Notes: a model not told the origin generated them from the letters alone. A DNA stretch of 58,677 bases from a virus (IMGVR_UViG_3300046817_000092:1-58677), one strand, 5' to 3'. Positions 1-10,709 are shown, counted from the first letter of the stretch. Program-made: numbers and translations.

Positions 1-4
1 CTGT

Positions 5-175
5 TCATCCATTAGTTCTACTCACCACCTCGTTTCTGCGATCTAACCATTTGTCGGCTTGTTTAAAACAGTGAACTTTATTGCGGTTTTTACTGAACTT
101 GATAATGTTGACAATCACGGTTAATTGTTCATCAATTTCTGTAAGTGTATAAGTGTGAAGTTGAGCTACACCCAT
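5..175 (-). CDS. small hypothetical protein (56 aa, MGVAQLHTYTLTEIDEQL...), not in ORF track
   Basis: ATG overlaps the portal stop codon; open to TGA at 5-7, which overlaps the start of the protease gene. Confidence 0.6.
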   Translation of the reverse strand: MGVAQLHTYTLTEIDEQLTVIVNIIKFSKNRNKVHCFKQADKWLDRRNEVVSRTNG

Positions 176-1653
176 CATGCACCAGAGCTAGGTGATTTGC
201 CTATGTTACCGCCTCCACCATTATTGCTCTTTTGGTTATTATCTGCCTGATTGCCATTACCACCAGCGACGCCACTTTCAATCTTAGTGGGATCACCAGT
301 CTCTTGTATGAGTTCCTGCACCTTTGTGGGCCTTTCGTCGGGAGGAATCCAATCAGCGACAAGTGCTGGCGCATCGATCTGCTGCCTAACCCACGTGTCG
401 AAGTATTCATCTATCTGGATCGCACCGGACGTAACCAAGTTATTAATTGCAGACGAGAACATCTGCATATCCTTGACTTCTCCGACACCCCTTGCACAGA
501 GCGTGGGAAATCTATCTGTCGGGAAGTTGTAGGCAACCATATTAGGAATCAGATACATATTGATTCCGTCGCAGATAGTCCCAGCTATGTGTCGCATAGC
601 CTTAAGGAACATATCCATGCCTGTTGCGCCAGTGGCTCTACCTCCACCTTCTGACGTAACGCCCATATTAAGGAACTGCACCATGATGTACTTCATAATC
701 TGAATATCGTGGTGGTCAGCACTCTCAAGTACGTTAACAAGGTTGTTCTTAATCTCAGCGAATCCAACCTCTAACGTGCTTGGTGCGACTATATAGGCAA
801 ACTCGTTTGTGCGAAGGTTGCGCGCCATGATGTGAGCCAACTCAATATCTGCTGGCGCTGCACCAGGCATCACCTTAACGTATGGCACACCTATGCCGTG
901 ATGCTCCTTCTGAATAGCATCAATAGCATAGAACTTATCCTTGTAGAACCAATGCTTGTAGGCAGATCTGAGTATGGACATACCCTCAAGCCCGCCGCCC
1001 TGCTGATCGAATGTGAATACAAGCAGCTTCTCAATTGGCAGGTCAACCTGTGTACTGTTGCCAGTAGCACCAATGGCTGTGTGTGCTATAGACACCGGGC
1101 CACCATTATCGTCATACGTGACTTTCCCGAGTGTGAGCGGTGGCCGGAATGCGAGCTTACGCAACATAGTGTATTGCTTGCGATTAGCACCAGCAGATGA
1201 CTTCTTAGGTGCCCATTCACGCAGTTCCCACACTGGTTCAAATACTGACTTCTCAGCCTCGTACATAGTAAGAGCCTGTTCAAGAAACTTGATCCACGTT
1301 ATAGTCATGCCGTGGAACAGGTTAAACTCGACAAACTCAGCTATGGATACATCGAGCGGGTCCTTACTAAATGGTTGAACGTAATACTCCGCTCCAAGTA
1401 CCGGAGCCTTCCCTGCTCGTAAACTAACCCGAACCGAGGCGTCGTCCCTAACCATCTTAAGATAGGTACGTACCGCTGTAGACTTATTGCCTACATCGGG
1501 TACAGGATCGACAATGGTAGCACTCTGTGAGCTACCAATCTCTTTCAAGTCAGGAGGCTTTACACCTGTCGCATTAGGCGTCACGTATGACGTACCCGTA
1601 TTCTGACGGGCAGGTGTACTCTTGGACTTACGGAGTTTTGGGAAGGAAGCCAC
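175..1653 (-). CDS. portal protein (Mu gp29/DUF935-like)
   Basis: 492 aa directly after TerL; G.SILRSAY.HW..K and E.HG.G.P motifs typical of this portal family. Confidence 0.88.
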   Translation of the reverse strand: MASFPKLRKSKSTPARQNTGTSYVTPNATGVKPPDLKEIGSSQSATIVDPVPDVGNKSTAVRTYLKMVRDDASVRVSLRAGKAPVLGAEYYVQPFSKDPLDVSIAEFVEFNLFHGMTITWIKFLEQALTMYEAEKSVFEPVWELREWAPKKSSAGANRKQYTMLRKLAFRPPLTLGKVTYDDNGGPVSIAHTAIGATGNSTQVDLPIEKLLVFTFDQQGGGLEGMSILRSAYKHWFYKDKFYAIDAIQKEHHGIGVPYVKVMPGAAPADIELAHIMARNLRTNEFAYIVAPSTLEVGFAEIKNNLVNVLESADHHDIQIMKYIMVQFLNMGVTSEGGGRATGATGMDMFLKAMRHIAGTICDGINMYLIPNMVAYNFPTDRFPTLCARGVGEVKDMQMFSSAINNLVTSGAIQIDEYFDTWVRQQIDAPALVADWIPPDERPTKVQELIQETGDPTKIESGVAGGNGNQADNNQKSNNGGGGNIGKSPSSGA

Positions 1654-1658
1654 TTATG

Positions 1659-3080
1659 TTACCTACTGTTTTGTACCGTCTGGTTGTAATACCGGAAGAA
1701 CCCGGCTGCCTCACTTCCACCATAGCCAGCATACACTTGGGCTAGGTTAAAGTTGCCGCCCATCACGAAATACTCATTGAAGAAGTATCTAAGTGCATCA
1801 GCCGGATGATCGAATTGACCACGACCTATTTCGTACCCCGGAGCACCCTCTTTTGAATGAATCGTCTTAAGACTCTTGATCGTATTAACACATCGAGGAT
1901 GAATAACTAACCCCGGTAATCCATCATCGCGTATCTTCATTGCACGCTTAATAGCCTCACAACCCATAGTAACGCCAACACTGTTGTGCGATATAGAACC
2001 TAGAATCCATGCAAGAGTTGCAATCTCGTCTGCACCCTTTGGATCGGCAGCAATTGCATCAACGTGGAACCCATCGGGGTTATCCCTGTTCTTGAGAATA
2101 ATACCATGATCACCAGTTGACTTGTAACTAACAACATACTCACGCCAAACGTAGACACGATCGCTTGAGTCGATCATTATATCTAAGCAGATAAAAGGAT
2201 CATTGTATCCAAAGTCCAATGCCCACCAGTTCTTCCAAGAGGGGTTAAATGCAAACTCTCGAACGTGTGTGCGCTCTTGGAACTCTGGATATATGAGTCC
2301 TTCAAAGGCTGTGAACTCGGCTGCATACTCCTGCAACCAGTACATATAACTAACTGTGTTGAATGTCGTGACTAACTCAAGATCACACGTACATGGATGA
2401 TTGGTGTAGTGGTGCCCTTCAAGTATATTGATGCAGTTGGGATCAAACCCACCAGGGAAGATTGCTGCATTAGTCCACGTGGGCAATCTCCATGATGCAT
2501 ATTCAACTAACTGCTGGTCGTCACTTTGCCCAAGTTGATAGAGTCCCTCGTACCAGTTGAAGCCTTGTGGCGTAGAGGGGAAGTCTGCCGAACCTCGTTT
2601 GTCCGTAAGAGCAGGCTGGATATACATTTGCCACGTACTCATCTTGTGTTTTGCTGCTTCTGACATGATTACATGGTCGAGTCCTTCACCAACGAGGCTA
2701 TCGGGTCTTTCAGCAGACTTGACTTCAATGAGCGAGTTCAGTTCCTTGAAATGAATCCGCATATTACCCTGCTTCACGTTATAAGATTTGTTGCAGTACT
2801 TCATTAAACCGAGCTTACGAAAGTCGTTCCACACAATGCGAAACTCTTTCTCACCGAGTCCATAGTCAGGACCAACTACCCAGTTTACACTATCAGGCAC
2901 GAACATCTTAAGTGTGCCCTCATGCCCTGCCCAAGTGGACTTACCCCATCTACGTCCACAACAAGGCACACGGAATCTAGCATCCGAACGGTGGATATCC
3001 CACTGTTCTTCTGAGTGAGGTTCGTACTCAATCTGCTCAAACAGAGCTTCACGACTTATGTTGGGTTCTACTCTGGGCAT
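1659..3080 (-). CDS. terL: terminase large subunit
   Basis: Walker A CGRRWGKS, LVGEGLD..IMSEAA Walker B, STPQG motif III, nuclease LDFGYNDP and DHPADALRY. Confidence 0.95.
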   Translation of the reverse strand: MPRVEPNISREALFEQIEYEPHSEEQWDIHRSDARFRVPCCGRRWGKSTWAGHEGTLKMFVPDSVNWVVGPDYGLGEKEFRIVWNDFRKLGLMKYCNKSYNVKQGNMRIHFKELNSLIEVKSAERPDSLVGEGLDHVIMSEAAKHKMSTWQMYIQPALTDKRGSADFPSTPQGFNWYEGLYQLGQSDDQQLVEYASWRLPTWTNAAIFPGGFDPNCINILEGHHYTNHPCTCDLELVTTFNTVSYMYWLQEYAAEFTAFEGLIYPEFQERTHVREFAFNPSWKNWWALDFGYNDPFICLDIMIDSSDRVYVWREYVVSYKSTGDHGIILKNRDNPDGFHVDAIAADPKGADEIATLAWILGSISHNSVGVTMGCEAIKRAMKIRDDGLPGLVIHPRCVNTIKSLKTIHSKEGAPGYEIGRGQFDHPADALRYFFNEYFVMGGNFNLAQVYAGYGGSEAAGFFRYYNQTVQNSR

Positions 3081-3081
3081 A

Positions 3082-3384
3082 TTAACTCAGGCCAAACTCA
3101 ACGGGTCCGAGTATTACAACCTCGGGGGCTATCGTAATTTTGAGGTATAACTTGTACGTGCCCTCTGACCACAATCCAACAGTCGTGTCTATTAACACGT
3201 CAACGCGCATGAGAACTTTGTTGGCTACATTGGAGTATGCCTGTGGCGTGGTTAACTCATCTTCCGACTTGATGCACGCCTGGACGACATACGGGGATAT
3301 GTCGCTAATCCCCTGAATACGATCAGCAAGATCAATTGACATTAACTCTTTAGTACCTACGTTTAGTGTGACCATCCGGCCCAT
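3082..3384 (-). CDS. small beta-rich virion protein (fibre adaptor-like)
   Basis: 100 aa, beta-strand pattern with W.EGTY.LY; lies between the giant repeat protein and TerL. Confidence 0.5.
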   Translation of the reverse strand: MGRMVTLNVGTKELMSIDLADRIQGISDISPYVVQACIKSEDELTTPQAYSNVANKVLMRVDVLIDTTVGLWSEGTYKLYLKITIAPEVVILGPVEFGLS

Positions 3385-6300
3385 CTCCTTTTAACACCTT
3401 GCACAGCCCAACGAGGCGAATGTGCCATTAGCTGCCAACGCTGTCTAGTGGAACTAATACTCCACCGTGGCATAGCTTCGGTAATTGCCCAACGAGATTG
3501 TGCTCCAATTATGTATAAGTCAGAGTACGCAGTAATGATTGGTGTGTAATCTTCAAACGAGAAAACTGATGTAACTGTGCGAAGTAGCCCAGACTCGACA
3601 TACTGTGCGGTTTCTGTCGATGTGAGGGTTGTTGTGCCATTGACTGTTAGTGAGTCGGTCCCACTGGGAATCTCCGTGAATGTAATGGTGGTCTTGCAAG
3701 CAGCAGGGACACCATCAACAAAGTCAGTTGTCTCAGTACTAGTCGGACTAGTCGATGTTGAGATTGTTGCACTCTCAACATAATTGACTCTAACCGAGTC
3801 AGCAAACGTAAGTCGATTGTTGTGAAGTTTGGTGCCATGACCAAATTTGATGAGTAGTGGTATTGGTGCAAATTGAGTAATTATGCCTAGTGGCGCGTAC
3901 TGCTCGTTGCTCTGCAACGACGTAATACTTGTGACCAATGCGGTTTCTACATAATCAGTAGTTTCTGTGCTAATGACGACTGTTACAGTAGCGCCAATAT
4001 TCTGGTCAACGTAGGTACTCGTCTCAGTGGTGCTGAGAGATGTTGTGGACGCAACGGTCGCAGGGTCAACGTATTGAGCAGTTTCTGTGCTTGTGACAGT
4101 TGATGTGCCACTAATCGTTCCAGCAGTATCAACCCAATCACCAGTTTCTGTGCTAGTAGTCGCAGTAACCGACGTGATGGTAGCAGAATCTACGTAATTG
4201 ACTCTGACCGAATCTGCTGGATTAAGCCGATTATTGTGGAGTAAGCCGTGACGTGCGAGCGCAATTAAGAGAGGCTGCGGTGTGATAGTGAGCGGTGCAG
4301 TAGTGAATGGAATGTACTGATCGGCGGTAGTTACAGTTGTAACGCCGGCGATCGTAGCAGTTTCTACATAGTCTGCCGTATCGACACTGGTTATACTCGT
4401 TACACTTGAAACAGTCGCAGAGTCTACGTATGCAGCAACGTCTGCGGAAGTGACTACTGTAATAGTCGCACCAGTGGCGCTATCAACATACTGTGCCGTA
4501 TCAGTCGTGCTGATTGAGGTAACACCAGCGACTGTTGCGCTCTCAACGAATTGAGCAGTTTCTGTTGATGTTATGGACGAAGTACCCTGAACCGTCCCAG
4601 ATGTATCAAGGAAGTCAGTATTCTCACTAGACTGTATGCTCGTTATTCCAGCAACAGTCGATGAATCCGTGTAATTGACTCTAACAGAGTCGGCCGGATT
4701 GAGGATCAGGTTATGGAGTCTAACACCCTTGCCAGCGATCTTTATGAGTAACGGAGTTACTGACGCCGGTGGTGTTGGATATGTTTCAACCTGTACTGTA
4801 AGCGTCGTGATTGATGAGATCGTCGAAGTCTCGACATAATCAGTCGTTTCGACGCTAGTTATACTAGTGGTACACGCGATTGTAGCACTTTCAACATATT
4901 GTGAGGTTTCAGTACTTGTTATGGATGACGTGCCATTGATGCTTCCAGAGGTATCTAACCAATCAGTATTCTCAGAACTCTGAACACTGGTGACGGAAGC
5001 AACGACCGCTGAATCCGTATAAACAACACCTGTTATCACATAATCGGGATTAAGGATTAGATTGTGTAGACGGTCACCCCTACCAAGTGTCACCAATAAC
5101 GGGGTTATAAATGCTGGTGGAGTTGGGTATGTTTCGACCTGTACTGAGATTGTCGTGACAGACGCGATAGTTGCAGTTTCGACGTAATCCGTCGTCTCAA
5201 CACTCGTTAACGAAGTGGTACTGCTAACGGTACTAGCTTCAACGTACTGTGCAGTCTCTGTGCTAGTTACGGAGCTAGTGCCGTTAATACTACCACTAGT
5301 ATCTAAGAAATCAGTGTTCTCCGAGCTTTGAACACTTGTAACGCCAGATACAGTTGCGGAGTCTGTGTAGTTAACGCCAACTATTACAATAAAGTCCGGC
5401 ACAGGTACTGGCATGATAAGCCTCATACCAGCGACGTCTCTCAAGTGCATCAAGAGAGGTTGTACCGCAGCCTTCTGTATAAATGGCGCGAATACCTCAA
5501 CGCTTGTAAGCGCCGTGACCGAACTAATCGTTGCTACTTCAACAAACTGGCTCGTCTCAGTTGTAGTGATGGATGAGACGCCATTAATTGAGCCTGATGT
5601 ATCGAGCCAGTCTGTGTTCTCGGAACTTTGAACACTGGTGACACTAGATATGGTTGCAGATTCTACATAATCAACAGGTCCTCCGGCTGGAATAAATGCT
5701 TCATTGATAATTTGTGTGTTAGTGAGAAACTTCTGTCCCATCCATTCCGCGATAAGAGGTAAAAGCGGTTGAGACTCGGGAACAAAAACTCCTGGTGTGT
5801 AGATTTCGTAATTTATTGGACCCCCACCAAAATTATCTACAGCAAGGGCATAAGACCCTACTGTACTTACTAAATGCATTCCAGTACCAATAAATCCAGA
5901 AAAATAGGTAAAATCTACAGCTGTTGTATAAATTTTCCAAACTCCACCATCTGCTGCAAGTTTTCCCCATGCCTCGATTCTAGAACCTAAGCATCGGATC
6001 GCAAACTGATCTCCATTAGTTGTTGTTAATGATGCTGAAGTTGTTGCTATTTGAGTTGGGGTGCCGTTGTTATAACGAGTTAGAACAAATCGACCAATTG
6101 GACTAAGTTCAAGTAAATACCCACTGAAAGTTGAGGTTGAATCTCCCTGAACACGTCCAACAACAACCGCTCCAGCATTATTATCAGTAGCTGCAACTGT
6201 CGCATACGCTTCACAATCGATAAGTATTCCCAATCCCTCACAAACTGCGACCTGGAGACCAACACTGTTAACAGTATTTCTAAGCTGGCCACTAAGAACT

Positions 6301-8048
6301 TGGAGTGGGGAAGGAACAGGAGGACCGCCACCAGTTCGTCTCTTAAATATACCACCATAACTAAGAGGGCTTTCATCTGGGATATCGAATGAATAAAGAA
6401 GTGGTGTAGATGGTGGTATTCCTTCTAATGTTCCAGCTCGTGTAATAGATGTTATCGTTGTCGAATCAACATAATCTACATCTGTTACAACTATACGATG
6501 TGGTATAACAAGTGAAATCCCGAAGGTTTTCTGTAAGTTGAATAGTAGTGGTCTTAGACCTGATGGCGGCGCTCCTGAAGATACATAAAGTTCCGCGGAT
6601 GAAACGGACGTTGTGGTACTAATAGTATCAGAATCCACAAAGTCTGTAGTTTCTGCTTGGGCAACTAGCGCTCCACCACCAAAATCATCAAATACTATAT
6701 TAAGGCTGTGTGAAGCTATACCTAGATACCCAGAGCTGAATGTTGTACTTGTGACAGATGATTGCAGGGTCCAAGAACCACTGTGGAACAGCCAGGATTC
6801 AATAGTAGTTCCATTACACCTTATCCCTATCTTGTCACCAGATACGACTGATGCTGGTGTAACAGACGCTAGTGTTGCTGGGATTGTTATACCAGCCGCA
6901 CCATAACGGTATATTGTAAGATTGCCAGTACTAAAGTTATAGTTAACGCCATAACCTTGTAAGTTATCAGAAGCTAATGAACCTTGCACTCTAGCTAGAA
7001 TTGCATGATCATCAGTAACGGTATCATTTATTGTGACGTAAGCTTCACAGTCAGTTAGGACTGGAGTTCCTTGATATACAGCAGCATTCCATCCAGGAGA
7101 GCCGGTGGGAACGCAATTTCCACCAAAAGCTTGATACGTATTAAGTACCACAACAGAGTCTAACCTACTGGTCCAAGGGGCTCCTAAGAAACTATTACCA
7201 GTATTGAAATTGTCCAGTACTGGTGAAGTAAGCGGAGGAATTGCATAAGTAGTTAGAACAGTAGTTGTACTTTGGACTGGTGCTACTTCAACATAAGCTA
7301 TCTCTCGTTGTGGAGCGAGTATGTTGTTGTGCAATGACCATATTTTGGGACTGAATCTACTTAATCCTAATAGGAGCGGTTGAGCTTTAGGCAGAACAGG
7401 TGGACCAATAAATTCTATCGGTGATGGAGATAGAATGTATGAAGCTGCTGTTGTTGCGGCAGTTCCATTAGTGGGATCAACGGTACCATCATACGAAAAT
7501 TGATCCGTATACGCAGTTGACATAATCTGCGAGAATGCAGAATAAACATCAAAAACAAGAATATCGCCTTTTTGGGCAACAGTCGTACCGTCCCATGTGG
7601 CAGTAGTGACATATCCTGTTTCTGTTAGATTAGCAACAAGTGCCGGGTTAAATGTGACTGCCTGTGTGCCAACACGAGCACCCGTACTAGGTCTCCACAC
7701 ATAACCTCTAATAATAATACCAGCATTATGGTTTGCGTTTGATTCTTGCCACGCCCAAGCAGATGTCCAATTGCCGTCAGCAATAGCAAAAGTTTGCGCT
7801 ACAAGAGGTGGACTGACGAAACGTCTGTGACCCCATGTCTGAAACACGGTATTTGCGGTTGCAGTTATTAATGATTTTGTGTCGGGAGTAGCAGCTCCAA
7901 TTACATTATTAGCAGTTCTTGCTGTGGATGCTCCAGTTGCATCGCCAGTAACAGACGAACCACTAACCACGGCAGGTGAGTTCGACGGCATAGTCCCCGA
8001 ATTAAGGGTAGCAGCATCGTGTAAGTAGAATTTCTGTATTGCTGTCAT
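3363..8048 (-). CDS. giant Ser/Thr-rich repeat fibre/decoration protein with two lectin-like (jelly-roll) domains
   Basis: 1561 aa; dozens of ~20-21 aa repeats YV[DE]SAT[IV]SSVTSITSTET; two related globular domains ending FDDFGGG / VDNFGGG. Confidence 0.7.
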   Translation of the reverse strand: MTAIQKFYLHDAATLNSGTMPSNSPAVVSGSSVTGDATGASTARTANNVIGAATPDTKSLITATANTVFQTWGHRRFVSPPLVAQTFAIADGNWTSAWAWQESNANHNAGIIIRGYVWRPSTGARVGTQAVTFNPALVANLTETGYVTTATWDGTTVAQKGDILVFDVYSAFSQIMSTAYTDQFSYDGTVDPTNGTAATTAASYILSPSPIEFIGPPVLPKAQPLLLGLSRFSPKIWSLHNNILAPQREIAYVEVAPVQSTTTVLTTYAIPPLTSPVLDNFNTGNSFLGAPWTSRLDSVVVLNTYQAFGGNCVPTGSPGWNAAVYQGTPVLTDCEAYVTINDTVTDDHAILARVQGSLASDNLQGYGVNYNFSTGNLTIYRYGAAGITIPATLASVTPASVVSGDKIGIRCNGTTIESWLFHSGSWTLQSSVTSTTFSSGYLGIASHSLNIVFDDFGGGALVAQAETTDFVDSDTISTTTSVSSAELYVSSGAPPSGLRPLLFNLQKTFGISLVIPHRIVVTDVDYVDSTTITSITRAGTLEGIPPSTPLLYSFDIPDESPLSYGGIFKRRTGGGPPVPSPLQVLSGQLRNTVNSVGLQVAVCEGLGILIDCEAYATVAATDNNAGAVVVGRVQGDSTSTFSGYLLELSPIGRFVLTRYNNGTPTQIATTSASLTTTNGDQFAIRCLGSRIEAWGKLAADGGVWKIYTTAVDFTYFSGFIGTGMHLVSTVGSYALAVDNFGGGPINYEIYTPGVFVPESQPLLPLIAEWMGQKFLTNTQIINEAFIPAGGPVDYVESATISSVTSVQSSENTDWLDTSGSINGVSSITTTETSQFVEVATISSVTALTSVEVFAPFIQKAAVQPLLMHLRDVAGMRLIMPVPVPDFIVIVGVNYTDSATVSGVTSVQSSENTDFLDTSGSINGTSSVTSTETAQYVEASTVSSTTSLTSVETTDYVETATIASVTTISVQVETYPTPPAFITPLLVTLGRGDRLHNLILNPDYVITGVVYTDSAVVASVTSVQSSENTDWLDTSGSINGTSSITSTETSQYVESATIACTTSITSVETTDYVETSTISSITTLTVQVETYPTPPASVTPLLIKIAGKGVRLHNLILNPADSVRVNYTDSSTVAGITSIQSSENTDFLDTSGTVQGTSSITSTETAQFVESATVAGVTSISTTDTAQYVDSATGATITVVTSADVAAYVDSATVSSVTSITSVDTADYVETATIAGVTTVTTADQYIPFTTAPLTITPQPLLIALARHGLLHNNRLNPADSVRVNYVDSATITSVTATTSTETGDWVDTAGTISGTSTVTSTETAQYVDPATVASTTSLSTTETSTYVDQNIGATVTVVISTETTDYVETALVTSITSLQSNEQYAPLGIITQFAPIPLLIKFGHGTKLHNNRLTFADSVRVNYVESATISTSTSPTSTETTDFVDGVPAACKTTITFTEIPSGTDSLTVNGTTTLTSTETAQYVESGLLRTVTSVFSFEDYTPIITAYSDLYIIGAQSRWAITEAMPRWSISSTRQRWQLMAHSPRWAVQGVKRRWAGWSH

Positions 8049-8365
8049 TATGCCGACTCTAATTCGTTATACGTGAATGGGCAACAACCACGAAATTCTG
8101 GCGTAACAGGTGTATCCATCTCAGTCATACTGATGGTGCCATCAGCAATAAGCTGATTCAAGTGTTGGACACTCTGAATCTGAATGCCGTCTACAACGGC
8201 ACCCACCATGCAATCGCCTCTATGGTCACAAGTGCCAAATACTTCCCAACGGCGTCCATCAGTAATACGACGGTAACGAACATAACCGTCGTATTGTTCC
8301 TCAATTACCACATATGGATCGACTGTGGGTTCAGTGGGTTTCGTGGGTTCCGTGGGTTCATCCAT
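8048..8365 (-). CDS. hypothetical protein with Cys motifs (C-x4-C ... CC)
   Basis: 105 aa, stop coupled to the start of the 1561-aa gene; N-terminal EPT repeats. Confidence 0.6.
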   Translation of the reverse strand: MDEPTEPTKPTEPTVDPYVVIEEQYDGYVRYRRITDGRRWEVFGTCDHRGDCMVGAVVDGIQIQSVQHLNQLIADGTISMTEMDTPVTPEFRGCCPFTYNELESA

Positions 8366-8370
8366 TTAAC

Positions 8371-8411
8371 ACAATGCCCCAATTGTCATACGTGACCAAT
8401 CGGGGCATTGT
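8371..8411. terminator. intergenic hairpin, possible terminator or processing site
   Basis: ACAATGCCCC ... GGGGCATTGT inverted repeat between CDSs. Confidence 0.5.
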
Positions 8412-8441
8412 ATTCTACGGATCAATTTTGGTCAACAGAGA

Positions 8442-9185
8442 CTAGTTAAGTGCAGTTACCTCTAAGTCCTGAACCCACATATGCTCTGCCGTAGAACCTG
8501 ACCGCTTGAACTGCAACGAGATGATGTTAGCAGCCGTGAGGTCAACAGATCCTGATGCAACTGCGGTGCTTGTCGGGATTAAGAGAGGCTGCAAAGTTGA
8601 TGCAACAACAGCGTTATTGAACAACGCATGACCATCAGCAAACAGCGTACCCGTTGCACCCGGAGTCTGACAACGAACGTAGAAATCAATCTCCCACGAA
8701 AGTGTCGTCTGGGTTGCAGTTAGAGCGAACGTGGAGCTAGACACGACAATAGTACCAGTCGCATCAGCGCCCGAACCGTAGTAAATGTCGAACGTGCCGT
8801 TACCAGGCGTAGCCGCCGTGGTGATCTTACCAAATGCACGAATTCGCATCTTCTTACCGACACGCGACCAATACTGACCGCCTAATACCGGGAATGCAGC
8901 AGCCGCATAAAGTGCCTTATCGGTAGTAGCTAGCGTGATATCTACTTCTGCAATACCACCGAAGAAAGGCTCTCTAAGGTCGTTATAGAAGATACCGTCC
9001 GAGTTGGTCGGAACCCCACTCGTCATTAACTTACCATAACGAGACTTCCACTCTGACTCCTGATGCTCCTTAAGAGCCATTACGTCGTCGTCAAAGCCAA
9101 TCCAATCAACACTTCCACGAGGAAACGGTGCAGGGCTATCGAGAATAACAGCCGACCGCTCAAACTCACTTAAACCAGTTCTCAT
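8442..9185 (-). CDS. beta-sandwich virion structural protein
   Basis: 247 aa, Thr/Ala/Gly-rich beta pattern; AGGGAGG RBS. Confidence 0.6.
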   Translation of the reverse strand: MRTGLSEFERSAVILDSPAPFPRGSVDWIGFDDDVMALKEHQESEWKSRYGKLMTSGVPTNSDGIFYNDLREPFFGGIAEVDITLATTDKALYAAAAFPVLGGQYWSRVGKKMRIRAFGKITTAATPGNGTFDIYYGSGADATGTIVVSSSTFALTATQTTLSWEIDFYVRCQTPGATGTLFADGHALFNNAVVASTLQPLLIPTSTAVASGSVDLTAANIISLQFKRSGSTAEHMWVQDLEVTALN

Positions 9186-9197
9186 TGTTCCTCCCTC

Positions 9198-9773
9198 TTA
9201 ACCGGACTTGAGTGTGCCAGTGACCTTTTCAGTGTCACCGTTTGCAAAGTTGCGTGTAGCTGCTGTGTCGGCTGCTACGTAGATGTTACCTCCGTTGACT
9301 GTGGTACCGTCTCCCATGAACCAACTATTAGCACCGTTAGGTACTGGCCCACCGGAGAACGTAAATGTGACCTGATCGCCTGCCATGCTCGTACCACCAG
9401 TAGACAGTGTATTGTCGAACGTGCTAGCTGCCCAGTCTACTGAGCCTGTGCCAATTGAAGCCGCAATGCTCGGACGACTATATCCAGCCGTTGTGCCGGA
9501 TGCAATCTCATTGACGTTAGTACCTGTGATCGTTACGGAGATTGCGGAGTTACGAGCCATTGACGACACGGCTGTCGTTGATAAGCCAATGCGCCAAGGC
9601 GACGGAGGAACAATCGTTGCCGATGCACCTAGGATATAGTTAAGGTGCAAATCCGTCCAACGCTGAAACACGATGGTTGCAAACCTAACCGAATTCGCCG
9701 GACCTTCTCCTAACAAACCCTGCACAGGGTCTGCGTGGTGGAAATGCTCGCCAGGACTCATTGAATCAAACAT
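9198..9773 (-). CDS. virion structural protein (fibre-associated beta-sandwich)
   Basis: Start moved to ATG 9773 behind AAGGTGA; C-terminal TRNFANGDTEKVT resembles the R....GD...VT ending of phage fibre-associated proteins. Confidence 0.6.
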   Translation of the reverse strand: MFDSMSPGEHFHHADPVQGLLGEGPANSVRFATIVFQRWTDLHLNYILGASATIVPPSPWRIGLSTTAVSSMARNSAISVTITGTNVNEIASGTTAGYSRPSIAASIGTGSVDWAASTFDNTLSTGGTSMAGDQVTFTFSGGPVPNGANSWFMGDGTTVNGGNIYVAADTAATRNFANGDTEKVTGTLKSG

Positions 9774-10269
9774 CACTGTCACCTTCTGACTCACTCTCGG
9801 TGTTATCAGCCGTGAGGAAACTTAAGTCCATCTCATCACCAGGTGCCTTATACATTGAACGATGTGCGCCCTGATCTACTGGATACAGTGGACTACTCTC
9901 GTTGCGAACCGCCTGTATAAGAGCGTGTGGATCGACGTTACCATCTTCGTCCTTAAGACCGTCAAATAACTCCTGCATCACGTCTGCACTTAACGGCGCA
10001 GGCTGGAAATCAGCCGGATGCTGTTCACCGTACAGAATGACTCTTTTAACGTGTTCCGCCGGACGCTGCTTTGCAGTATCAGGATGAACCATGCCCGGAA
10101 CACTGTAGTCAATGTCATCACGCGCTACCTGATCCTGTGCTGCACCAGGCTGTCCATTGAGCGCACGATCATTATGGTTCTTAAGTGCGCCCTGCAACTC
10201 ATCGAGACTATCGTAACTCATTACACTCTTAGAGCCAGTCTCGAATATAATCTCAGCGTACTCTGTCAT
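9766..10269 (-). CDS. hypothetical protein
   Basis: 167 aa, ATGA-coupled to the upstream gene. Confidence 0.65.
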   Translation of the reverse strand: MTEYAEIIFETGSKSVMSYDSLDELQGALKNHNDRALNGQPGAAQDQVARDDIDYSVPGMVHPDTAKQRPAEHVKRVILYGEQHPADFQPAPLSADVMQELFDGLKDEDGNVDPHALIQAVRNESSPLYPVDQGAHRSMYKAPGDEMDLSFLTADNTESESEGDSDV

Positions 10270-10709
10270 CTTTCACCACCCTCATGTTCGTGTAATGGCG
10301 CTCTAGGCGCTGTTGCCATTGCGTTTATAATCTCATCGTGCATGTTACCCGTCGGGAATATGCCATATGGCGTAAGTCTTTCGGCTGCTTCGGGAAACAT
10401 TGCCCATCCAGCTGCATTAAGCTGTTTGACTAACTTCTCAGCATCTGGGTGTTCACGCTTATTGTGGACTTCTTCCCACTTCTGCCTACGCGAGAGAGCA
10501 GCTTGCATTATCTCAACGTAACCGCTTCCTGGGTCTACGTCGTCCATTAGCCACATCGCATATTGACGCAGATCGAGCGTACTCTGATATAAAGCCCCGC
10601 ACAGGCGGCAAGCTCTAAATGGTGCTTGCGCGTTAAATGACGAACCAAGATCAACCAGCCCAACAGGTTGATGAATCATAACTAGTTCGGCTGGTCTGTT
10701 GTGGTTCAT
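10266..10709 (-). CDS. hypothetical protein with CxxC ... HxxxxH Zn-finger-like motif
   Basis: 147 aa, CRLCG and HNKREH; ATGA-coupled. Confidence 0.65.
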   Translation of the reverse strand: MNHNRPAELVMIHQPVGLVDLGSSFNAQAPFRACRLCGALYQSTLDLRQYAMWLMDDVDPGSGYVEIMQAALSRRQKWEEVHNKREHPDAEKLVKQLNAAGWAMFPEAAERLTPYGIFPTGNMHDEIINAMATAPRAPLHEHEGGER

